The notes under the pieces are model-generated. The model worked only from the letters and a program-made list of their open reading frames with translations, had not been told where the DNA came from and ran no database searches. The position numbers and the translations under genes are program-made. A stretch of 17,890 nucleotides of DNA from Candidatus Fervidifonticultor sextus. GTDB lineage: Bacteria; Sysuimicrobiota; Sysuimicrobiia; Sysuimicrobiales; Humicultoraceae. The DNA is taken from positions 1 through 17,890 of the forward strand of contig JAVKHQ010000047.1 in assembly GCA_031459875.1 (NCBI GenBank). Reading direction: 5' to 3'. Below, piece after piece: positions 1 through 6,943 of this stretch. Numbering within the stretch: position 1 is the first letter of the stretch; each line of letters starts with the position of its first letter.

Positions 1-506
1 GGGAACGCCGGATCCCGGCCCGGCGCCTCGGGGCCGTCCGGGACGATTCCGGAGACTCGGTCGAGGTGCGCCGCCATCGCCCGCAAGCGCACGATCTCGC
101 CGTCGACGTCCTCGGTGCCGCCTGCCGCGGCCGGCAGCAGCCGCAGCTCGCGCAGGATCTTGCGGTGCTCGAGGTTGATGACCTGCGTGCGCGTGAGCCC
201 GGCGCGCGCGGCCCACTCCAGGCGGGCATGCCCGTCCTCCTGGCGGCGCAGCGATTCCTCGGCCATCTTCGCGCCGTACGCGTGCGCCTCGAGCCCGGCG
301 TGGTTGGCCCGCGACATGGAGTAGCTGTGCAGCGCCGCCGCCAGCGCGCCGAGGAAGGTCGTGACGACGATCAGCGCGATCAACGCCCGGCTGAACTCGT
401 CGCGCGCCGAAGCGTGGACCGCCGGCGGCGCGTGCGGCGAGTCCGGGGCTAGGTGCGGGATCTCCGGGACGGGCGGCGCGTGGCCGTGGTCGTCCAGTCC
501 GCTCAC
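1..506 (-). CDS. Membrane protein, DUF4337-like architecture; runs off the left edge (partial)
   Basis: Not in the ORF track because it has no stop in the window. Manual translation from GTG at 506 is open to the edge: MSGLDDHGHAPPVPEIPH...DEFSRALIALIVVTTFLGALAAALHSYSMSRANHAGLEAHAYGAKMAEESLRRQEDG...RDPAF. One N-terminal TM helix precedes a helical region. The GTG overlaps the TGA of the upstream gene (GTGA, 503-506). Third codon positions are strongly G/C. Confidence 0.8.
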   Translation of the reverse strand, partial: MSGLDDHGHAPPVPEIPHLAPDSPHAPPAVHASARDEFSRALIALIVVTTFLGALAAALHSYSMSRANHAGLEAHAYGAKMAEESLRRQEDGHARLEWAARAGLTRTQVINLEHRKILRELRLLPAAAGGTEDVDGEIVRLRAMAAHLDRVSGIVPDGPEAPGRDPAF

Positions 507-1285
507 GATCCGTGGTCCACGCCCTTGAGGAAAAGGTCGACGATCCACCCGGCCTCGACGAGCAGGCCCACCGCCAGGCCCATGACGCCGAAGCCGATGC
601 CCAGTCCCACCAGCGGGCCGCGCCAGGGCGCGCCGCCGACGGCGGCCATCGCCAGCGTGAGGAACACCAGCGAGAGCACCAGGATCGCGACGCACGCCTC
701 CATGAGCCAGGCGCGCTGGTGCGCCCGGTCGAGCAGCACCGCGGTCTCGGCGATGTCGGCGTCGATCTCGCGAAGCTCGCTGTCGGCCGCGAGCCGTCGC
801 TGGAGGATGGCGGCCTTGTCGTGATCGGGCAGGCCGCCCTCGGTGGCCACCGGCACGTCCAGCCGGAAGTAGGGGAACAACGCGCGCCGCAGCGCCCGCT
901 CTTCCTGCGCCTGGAGCGCCAGGGCCGCGGCCCGGTCCGGCTGGGCGGCCCGCAGCCGGTTCGCATCTCGCTGCAGGCCGTCGGCCCGGATGTCCAGGGC
1001 GGTATACAGCGCGGCGAGTCGGTGGTCGTGGTCCACGCGGCTCTGGATGTCCAGCGTCCGCCGCTGCCTGAGCATGAGGGCCTGGACGTGCCGGCGTTCG
1101 AGCAGGGTGGCGTCCTGGGCATCCCACGCGGCGCGCGCCGCGGCCAGCGCGCCGGCGATCGAGACGCAGGCAATGAGCACCGCGATGGTACCTTGAGCGT
1201 GCGGACCGGTAAGGGGCCAGGGTTCGGGCGCCTGCTGCCCGGATCGTTCGCTCTTTCCAGTGGGGACGGACCCTGAGTCGGTCAC
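503..1285 (-). CDS. Membrane protein (260 aa): N-terminal TM, helical/coiled region, two C-terminal TMs; DUF4337-like
   Basis: Part of ORF 503..1348. Start moved to GTG 1285 because of the RBS GGTGAGG just upstream. Hydrophobic segments: TIAVLIACVSIAGALAAA, ACVAILVLSLVFLTLAMAAV, LVGLGIGFGVMGLAVGLLV. Family assignment is by topology only. Confidence 0.75.
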   Translation of the reverse strand: MTDSGSVPTGKSERSGQQAPEPWPLTGPHAQGTIAVLIACVSIAGALAAARAAWDAQDATLLERRHVQALMLRQRRTLDIQSRVDHDHRLAALYTALDIRADGLQRDANRLRAAQPDRAAALALQAQEERALRRALFPYFRLDVPVATEGGLPDHDKAAILQRRLAADSELREIDADIAETAVLLDRAHQRAWLMEACVAILVLSLVFLTLAMAAVGGAPWRGPLVGLGIGFGVMGLAVGLLVEAGWIVDLFLKGVDHGS

Positions 1286-1311
1286 AATGCGATCCTCACC
1301 GGCTCTGGCGC

Positions 1312-1341
1312 CTATTCTGCACGGTACGGCCAGTCTCCTTC
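1312..1341 (-). promoter_or_regulatory. SigH-like promoter for the membrane-protein pair
   Basis: Minus strand reads GAAGGAGAC-N12-GCAGAATAG, close to the B. subtilis SigH consensus RNAGGAWWW-N11/12-RNNGAATWW. It lies 26 nt before the GTG start. Confidence 0.55.
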
Positions 1342-1416
1342 GGGACAAGGGAGTGGCGTCCGCGGGCCAACGGCGGCCCCGACGACGCGGAACGCTGCCG
1401 GCCCGGCACGCGCCGC

Positions 1417-1691
1417 ATGGTGGCGACCAGCTTCGAGGACGCCATCCAGGTGTGCGACGGGTACTGCAGCCTCGTCGGCCGCTACCCGGTGCGCTGGGAG
1501 CTCAATGCCCTGCTCGCCTACTTCTCGATGCTGGAAGTGCGGCTCATGGATCTCGGCCTGGCGCCCCACGGCGAGGCCCTCGTAGCCAGGTCCTGCGCCT
1601 GCCGTCGCGGGGCCGCCCGCAGGTGGAGGAGGCACGCGCGCTCCTCGCTCGCTACCTCGGGTTCTACACTACGGCGCGTAGGTGCGATTGA
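1417..1691 (+). pseudogene. Frameshifted small hypothetical gene or gene relic
   Basis: Codon-like frame MVATSFEDAIQVCDGYCSLVGRYPVRWELNALLAYFSMLEVRLMDLGLAPHGEAL runs to 1581. The coding signal then moves to another frame, RSQVLRLPSRGRPQVEEARALLARYLGFYTTARRCD* (stop 1691). One extra C at about 1581 would join them. No RBS seen. Confidence 0.5.
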
Positions 1692-2040
1692 CGACGATGG
1701 TGCCGAAGGGGGCAGAGGTGCTGCGGCGCTGGACCTCCCGGCCGTCTTCGAGGACCCGCACGATCAGTTCACCGTCTGCGGCGGCCTTCGTGAAGGTCGC
1801 CACGACCGCCACATGGGTCCTCACCACGAACTCCGCCGGCACGATCCCCCGCACCGACGTGCTCTGCTGCGGAGTGCCGTAGGCACCCTCGAAGGCCAGC
1901 CCCGGGGTACCCTCGACCGACAGGATGACGGTGCGCTCCCGGACCGCGCCCGGCCGGAACTCCGGCCGCGGCGCCAGGAACAGGCACCCCGAGGAGAAGG
2001 TGGCCGCTGCCAGCAGCAGTGGCCACCCCAGCGGTCTCAC
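1669..2040 (-). CDS. Predicted lipoprotein, small beta-rich domain
   Basis: Signal peptide MRPLGWPLLLAAATFSSG-C has a lipobox-like Cys. The GTG start overlaps the DinB stop (GTGA, 2037-2040). Confidence 0.8.
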   Translation of the reverse strand: MRPLGWPLLLAAATFSSGCLFLAPRPEFRPGAVRERTVILSVEGTPGLAFEGAYGTPQQSTSVRGIVPAEFVVRTHVAVVATFTKAAADGELIVRVLEDGREVQRRSTSAPFGTIVVNRTYAP

Positions 2041-2567
2041 CGCGTCGGAGGGGGCTCCGCCTGGCGGTCGAACATCAGCGCCGAATAGTCCAGGTTCTGG
2101 GCCGCCACGCCCAGCTGCTTCAGCATGGACATCACCTGGGACCGGTGGTGGACCTCATGGAAGACCAACTGCGAGGCGATCCCGGCTTTTGTAGCCCGGA
2201 CCCGCACCGCCGGATTGGCGGGCCCCTGGGGGTACATGCGGGACTCGACCAGCGCGTCCCAGTCCGTGATCTGTCCCAGCAGGGCGCGGGTCTCGCCGGC
2301 CAGGGTCCTCCAGGCGCTCTCGACCTGCGCAAATACCGTCATCCGCTCGGTGGTGAACGGACTGTCCGCGAGCGCTACCGGCTGGCCGCGCAGCCGGTGG
2401 CCGTAGACCCACTCGGCACTCGCCGTGTGGACCAGCGTGGCGTGGATGGTCTTGAGGGCATACGGGAACTCGCGCTGGTACTGCTGGGGCGCGAGCGGCC
2501 GGACCCAGTCGAAGATCCGTTCTCGCGCCTTGACCAGATATTCATACATTGTCGCGAATGGCTGCAT
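2037..2567 (-). CDS. DinB/YfiT family protein (176 aa)
   Basis: C-terminal part of ORF 2037..4169. ATG 2567 follows the RBS GGAGG. Motifs TIHATLVHTASAEW and QLVFHEVHHRSQV give the three-His metal site typical of DinB. Confidence 0.9.
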   Translation of the reverse strand: MQPFATMYEYLVKARERIFDWVRPLAPQQYQREFPYALKTIHATLVHTASAEWVYGHRLRGQPVALADSPFTTERMTVFAQVESAWRTLAGETRALLGQITDWDALVESRMYPQGPANPAVRVRATKAGIASQLVFHEVHHRSQVMSMLKQLGVAAQNLDYSALMFDRQAEPPPTR

Positions 2568-2708
2568 GGACGGCGACCTCCGGAATGGAATAGACATGAG
2601 GTTCTGGGCAGGGGGGCGCCGGCCCTGCCGGATCGCGGGGCGGGGAACCTGCGGTTTAGGGGCGAAGATACCCCAGGACGTGCGGACGGTGGAGGCGGGA
2701 GGTTCTCG

Positions 2709-3854
2709 ATGGCGATACCCCAGTGTGTGGTCCTCGGTGGCGGATTCGGCGGTGTGGCGGCTGCCCACCGGCTGCGGGAACGGCTCGGCAAGAACGCGGA
2801 GATCAGCCTGGTGGATCGCCGCGGCACGTTCATGATGGGGCTCCGGATTCTCTGGACCGTGGCCGGTCAGGCCACACGGGCCGAGGGAACGCGGCCTCTC
2901 GACCGGCTCTCGCGCAAAGGGATCAGGGTGGTCCGCGACGAGGCCGTGCTGATCGACGTGGAGTCGAAGACGGTCTTCACCCGCGGCGGGGGACGCCTGC
3001 GCTACGATGCGCTGGTCATCGCCCTGGGAGCGGAGGTGCGGCCCGACCTGGTTCCCGGTTACGATCCGGTGGCCTCCAACCTGTATGATCCCGACCAGGC
3101 CGAGGCCATCGCCGCGCGCGTGGCGTCCTTCGACCGGGGTCGGCTGGGGATCGGCATCCTGGGCGTGCCCTACAAGTGCCCGCCGGCGCCCTACGAGTGC
3201 GCGTTCCTGATTGACGACGTCCTGCGGCGCCGGGGCGTGCGCGACCGGGTCGAGATGGAAGCCTTCACGCCGCAGCCGTCCTCGCTGCCGGTGGCGGGGA
3301 CGGCTGCCTGCGCGGAGGTGGAGGGCCGGCTGGCCGCGCGGGGCATCCGGTTCCTGCCCAACCGCAAGGTGACGGCCGTCGGAGGGCGCGAGGTCGTGTT
3401 CGAAGAGGATCAGCGCGTCTACGACCTGCTCATTGCGGTGCCGCCGCACCGCGCGCCCGGTGTGGTGAAGCAGGCCGGGCTGACCACGGGAGAATGGATT
3501 CGGCCGGACCCCCGCACGTGCGCCACGGCCGTCCCCGGGGTCTTTGCGGTCGGCGATGTCACCGAGATGCCGCTGGCCAACGGCATGATGCTGCCGAAGG
3601 CCGGGGTATTCGCCGAAGCCCAGGGCCGCGCGGCCGGCGATCAGATCGCGAGGCTGTTCGGCGCCGCCGAGCAGGCCGCGGAGTTCGACGGGGTCGGCTA
3701 CTGCTATGTGGAGACCGGCGAGGGTGCGGCCGCGGCGATCCGCGGCCAGTTCTATGCGACGCCAGAACCCGTGGTCGAGGTGGCGGAGCCCAGCCCCCAG
3801 ACGCTGGCCGAGAAGCGGAAATTCGAGGCCGAACGCCTGGCCGCATGGTTCTAG
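2709..3854 (+). CDS. FAD-dependent oxidoreductase, sulfide:quinone oxidoreductase-like (381 aa)
   Basis: ATG 2709 follows GGAGG. Rossmann motif VVLGGGFGG, YDALVIALG, YKCPPAPYE (first Cys), VFAVGD, LPKAGVFA, FDGVGYCYVETG (second Cys), and a short C-terminal amphipathic helix. Confidence 0.85.
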   Translation: MAIPQCVVLGGGFGGVAAAHRLRERLGKNAEISLVDRRGTFMMGLRILWTVAGQATRAEGTRPLDRLSRKGIRVVRDEAVLIDVESKTVFTRGGGRLRYDALVIALGAEVRPDLVPGYDPVASNLYDPDQAEAIAARVASFDRGRLGIGILGVPYKCPPAPYECAFLIDDVLRRRGVRDRVEMEAFTPQPSSLPVAGTAACAEVEGRLAARGIRFLPNRKVTAVGGREVVFEEDQRVYDLLIAVPPHRAPGVVKQAGLTTGEWIRPDPRTCATAVPGVFAVGDVTEMPLANGMMLPKAGVFAEAQGRAAGDQIARLFGAAEQAAEFDGVGYCYVETGEGAAAAIRGQFYATPEPVVEVAEPSPQTLAEKRKFEAERLAAWF

Positions 3855-3875
3855 ACTGCGGGTGACGGTCTGGTC

Positions 3876-4775
3876 GTGACCCCGGCCTCGCGGCGGCGCG
3901 TGGACGCCGCCATGCTCCTGCTGGTCCTGCTGTGGGGCGTGAACTTTCCTGTCATCAAGGTGGCGTTTGCGGAGATCCCCCCGTTTGGCTTCAACGGGCT
4001 GCGCTTTGCCATCGCGGCGGTGTGTCTGCTCGCGATCCTGCGCCGCCTGGAGCGCGCCTGGTGGGTGGATCGGGGACACCTCCGGGGGATGGCGCTGCTG
4101 GGCCTGCTGGGGCACGTGGGCTACCAGACCTTCTTCATCGCCGGCCTGGCCCGCACGACCGCGGGACACTCGGCGCTGATCCTTTCCATGGTGCCGCTCT
4201 TCGTGGGCGCGCTCGGGGCGGCGCTGGGGATCGAGCGTCCCTCGTCGCGCATGTGGGTGGGGTTGGCCCTGGCGTTTGCGGGCGTCTTCATCCTCATCAG
4301 AGGCCGGGGGGCCCTGGTCCTGGGTCAGTCGACCGCCGTCGGCGACCTGCTGACGCTGGGCGCGTCGGTGTGCTGGGCGGCGTACACGGTACTCTCACGA
4401 CCGTTCCTGACCAGGCTCTCGCCCCTGCGGCTCACGACGGTCACCCTGGTACTGGCCCTGCCGGTCCTCCTGGCCCTGGCCCTCCCGGGGTTGTCGCGGC
4501 TGCGCTGGACCGACGTGACCCCGAAGGCCTGGGCGGCCCTGGCCTTCTCGTCCATCTTCGCCATCGTGATCAGCTACGTGATCTGGTACACGTCGGTGCA
4601 GACCCTGGGCAGCGCGCGCACCGCCGCGTTCTCCAATCTGATCCCCGTCGTCGCCCTCCTGGCCGCGAGCGTGCTGCTCGGCGAGCCGCTGGGACCGGCG
4701 CAGATCCTCGGCGCCGCCGTGGTGCTGGCGGGCGTGTGGCTGGCCCGCTCCGGTCGGCGGGCCGTGCAGGTCTAG
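3876..4775 (+). CDS. EamA/DMT family transporter
   Basis: About 10 TM segments in two repeats. Motifs LLWGVNFPVIK, GLRFAIA, GDLLTLGASVCWAAYTV, LLGEPL. Confidence 0.93.
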   Translation: MTPASRRRVDAAMLLLVLLWGVNFPVIKVAFAEIPPFGFNGLRFAIAAVCLLAILRRLERAWWVDRGHLRGMALLGLLGHVGYQTFFIAGLARTTAGHSALILSMVPLFVGALGAALGIERPSSRMWVGLALAFAGVFILIRGRGALVLGQSTAVGDLLTLGASVCWAAYTVLSRPFLTRLSPLRLTTVTLVLALPVLLALALPGLSRLRWTDVTPKAWAALAFSSIFAIVISYVIWYTSVQTLGSARTAAFSNLIPVVALLAASVLLGEPLGPAQILGAAVVLAGVWLARSGRRAVQV

Positions 4776-4858
4776 GCCGCGTTCGACACGGGCATAACCT
4801 GACGAGCCGATCCAACCTGGCTTCCGCACCATCACGCCCCGGTGCCGGAGGGTCCTCC

Positions 4859-5938
4859 ATGATGATGGAGTCCTACCTCAGAATGATGGTCGAGCGGCGG
4901 GCATCCGATCTGCACCTCAAGGCCGGCACCCGGCCGATGCTGCGCATCGACGGGACCCTGGTCCCCGCTCGGGACGAGCGCCTGTCCGACGAGCGCGTCC
5001 GCGCGTTGGTGGCGGAGATCCTCACGCCCGAGCAGCTCGACCGGTTCCATCGGGAGCTGGAACTCGACCTGGCCCACAGCGTGCCCGGCCTGTCGCGCTT
5101 CCGCATCAACGTGTACCAGCAGCGTGGCGGCATCGGCGCGGCGATCCGGACGATCCCGGCGGCGGTCCCGACCATCGAGGACCTGGGCCTGCCCAGGGTG
5201 GTCACGCGCCTGGCCTCCCTCCCCCGGGGACTGGTCCTGGTCACGGGGCCCACCGGCAGCGGGAAATCCACCACCCTGGCCGCGATCGTCAACCACATCA
5301 ATCACACCCGCGCCTGTCACGTGGTGACCATCGAGGACCCCATCGAGTACCTGCACCACGACCACCTGTCCATCGTCACGCAGCGCGAGGTCGGGGGCGA
5401 CACCCACTCGTTTGCCGATGCGCTGCGCCACGTGCTGCGGCAGGACCCGGACGTCATCCTCATTGGCGAGATGCGAGACCATGAGACCATCGCCACGGCC
5501 ATCACCGCCGCCGAGACCGGCCACCTGGTGCTGGCCACCCTGCACACCGTCAATGCGGCGCAGACGGTGGACCGGATCATCGACGCCTTCCCGCCCCACC
5601 AGCAGCCCCAGATCCGAATGCAGCTCTCGGTGGCGCTGGAGGGCGTGCTCTCCCAGACGCTCCTCCCCCGCCGGGACGGCCGGGGGCGCACGGCCGCCGT
5701 GGAGGTCATGGTGGGCACCCCCGCGGTCCGCAACCTGATCCGCGAGTCGAAGACGCACCAGATTTCGTCCCTCATGCAGGGCGGGGCGAAGGACGGGATG
5801 CAGACCCTCAACCAGGCGCTGCGGAGGCTGGTGAAGGAGCACATCGTCGAGTTCGAGGTGGCGCTGGCCCACACCAGTTACCCGCAGGAACTGGCCCAGT
5901 TGTGCGGCCGCGAGGCGGGTGCGGCGGCCTCCGCCTAG
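4859..5938 (+). CDS. pilT: Type IV pilus retraction ATPase PilT (359 aa)
   Basis: ASDLHL, Walker A GPTGSGKST, Asp box TIEDPIE, Walker B LRQDPDVILIGEMRD, His box TGHLVLATLHT and the PilT signature AVRNLIRE. RBS GGAGGG precedes ATG 4859 (4862 is an alternative). Confidence 0.93.
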   Translation: MMMESYLRMMVERRASDLHLKAGTRPMLRIDGTLVPARDERLSDERVRALVAEILTPEQLDRFHRELELDLAHSVPGLSRFRINVYQQRGGIGAAIRTIPAAVPTIEDLGLPRVVTRLASLPRGLVLVTGPTGSGKSTTLAAIVNHINHTRACHVVTIEDPIEYLHHDHLSIVTQREVGGDTHSFADALRHVLRQDPDVILIGEMRDHETIATAITAAETGHLVLATLHTVNAAQTVDRIIDAFPPHQQPQIRMQLSVALEGVLSQTLLPRRDGRGRTAAVEVMVGTPAVRNLIRESKTHQISSLMQGGAKDGMQTLNQALRRLVKEHIVEFEVALAHTSYPQELAQLCGREAGAAASA

Positions 5939-5966
5939 GCGTGCAGACGGGGGCGGGGGCCAGGTG

Positions 5967-5994
5967 TTGACGGACCCTGCGATCCTGGTACAAT
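5967..5994 (+). promoter_or_regulatory. Sigma70-type promoter of rpoZ
   Basis: TTGACG-N16-TACAAT, with TG extended -10 at 5986-5987. Confidence 0.75.
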
Positions 5995-6022
5995 ACCCGC
6001 GTGCCGGAAGAGGTGACGTGGC

Positions 6023-6229
6023 GTGATCAAACCATCGCTGGAAGAACTGCTCGAACGCGTACCCAGCAAGTACGCCCTGGTCATGGCGGCGGCCAAGCGC
6101 GCCCGCCAGTTGAAGGAAGGGGTGCTGCCCCTGGTGGACGTCGACTCGGCCAACACCGTCACCATCGCGCTGGAGGAGATTGCCACCGGCCGGGTCCGCA
6201 TCGAAGAACCCACGCCGACCGGCCGGTAG
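6023..6229 (+). CDS. rpoZ: RNA polymerase omega subunit
   Basis: MIKPSLEELLERVPSKYALVMAAAKRARQL...VTIALEEIATG are classic omega motifs. RBS GAGGTG. Confidence 0.96.
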   Translation: MIKPSLEELLERVPSKYALVMAAAKRARQLKEGVLPLVDVDSANTVTIALEEIATGRVRIEEPTPTGR

Positions 6230-6314
6230 GCCGACCCCGCCCGCGCCGGTGGTGGCAGAACCCCGGCGCGCGCCGGTGCGTATACCGAGGCGAGACCGGG
6301 CCGGAGGCTCGCCG

Positions 6315-6779
6315 ATGCCCCTGGGAGTCATCGCGATCGCCGTCCTTGCGGCCCTCGCCGCCAGCCCTCTGGCGCCGCGGGCGGAGCGCCGCGTGGGCGA
6401 CCTCAGGTTGGAACTGAGCACCGACCGCGCGGTCTACCGCGCCGGGGACACGGTCGCCATCACGCTGCAGGTCACCAGCCTCGCGCAGAGACCGGCCTCC
6501 ATGATGGTCGGCGGCCAGGAGTTCGACGTGACCGTCCGGCAACGGGGCGCGCTGGTCTGGCAGTGGTCCCACGACAAGGCCTACGTCCAGGTCGTCCGGG
6601 AACTTCCGCTGGCCCCGGGACAGGTCCTGACCTACCGCGCCACCTGGGACCAGCGCGACCTGCAGGGCCGTCGCGTCGAGCCCGGCACCTACGAGATCTT
6701 CTGTACCTTCTTCGGCGCCTTGCGGCCGGGAGGGCCGGCCGGCGAGGTCGGTCCGGTCCGCATTATCATTGGCCGCTAG
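6315..6779 (+). CDS. Secreted protein with BsuPI-like (proteinase inhibitor) Ig-fold domain (154 aa)
   Basis: ATG 6315 follows GGAGG. Signal peptide MPLGVIAIAVLAALAASPLA. BsuPI-like pattern GQEFDVTV...VWQWSHDKAYVQ...LAPGQ...ATWDQ...PGTY. Confidence 0.75.
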   Translation: MPLGVIAIAVLAALAASPLAPRAERRVGDLRLELSTDRAVYRAGDTVAITLQVTSLAQRPASMMVGGQEFDVTVRQRGALVWQWSHDKAYVQVVRELPLAPGQVLTYRATWDQRDLQGRRVEPGTYEIFCTFFGALRPGGPAGEVGPVRIIIGR

Positions 6780-6797
6780 TGCGCCGGCTGATATAAT
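6769..6797 (+). promoter_or_regulatory. Sigma70-type promoter of the tRNA gene
   Basis: TTGGCC-N17-TATAAT with a perfect extended -10 (TGATATAAT, 6789-6797), ending 12 nt before the tRNA. Confidence 0.8.
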
Positions 6798-6809
6798 GGG
6801 TGGGAGCGT

Positions 6810-6886
6810 GGCGGCGTAGCTCAGCTGGTCAGAGCACGCGGCTCATACCCGCGGAGTCGGGAGTTCGAGTCTCCCCGCCGCCACCA
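6810..6886 (+). tRNA. tRNA with CAT anticodon, most likely elongator tRNA-Met
   Basis: 77-nt cloverleaf: acceptor GGCGGCG/CGCCGCC, D-arm GCTC/GAGC, anticodon stem CGCGG/CCGCG with loop CTCATAC (CAT at 6844-6846), T-loop TTCGAGT, encoded CCA. The paired G1-C72 argues against an initiator tRNA. Confidence 0.95.
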
Positions 6887-6892
6887 CGAGGT

Positions 6893-6926
6893 AGAGCCGG
6901 CGGTCGCCAGGGGCCGCCGTGCTTTG
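6893..6926 (+). terminator. Hairpin after the tRNA (weak terminator or processing signal)
   Basis: Stem CGGCGGTC (6898-6905) pairs with GGCCGCCG (6912-6919) and can extend with AGAGC/GCTTT. The T tract is short. Confidence 0.4.
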
Positions 6927-6943
6927 CTCTCACGGGATTCCGC

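Noticed and set aside
1346..1374. Plus-strand SigH-like promoter for the 1417 relic (CAAGGGAGT...)
   Set aside because: The -35-like box is present but there is no GAA at the required spacing.
2019..4169. Long versions of the SQR (611 aa) and DinB (710 aa) ORFs suggesting fusions
   Set aside because: Each extension is the antisense of the other gene. The real starts with GGAGG are at 2709 (+) and 2567 (-).
3932..4858. Apparent 309-aa N-terminal extension of PilT
   Set aside because: It is an alternative frame over the EamA gene with Arg/Gly/Pro-rich composition. The PilT RBS and start are at about 4847-4859.
6810..6886. tRNA as an integration site, or as an initiator tRNA
   Set aside because: There is no integrase and no duplicated tRNA 3' end in the window. 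G1-C72 is paired and the anticodon stem lacks the GGG/CCC run of fMet tRNAs.
6800..6943. tilS ORF starting at 6800
   Set aside because: It would run through the tRNA gene. TilS-like sequence begins only after 6944.
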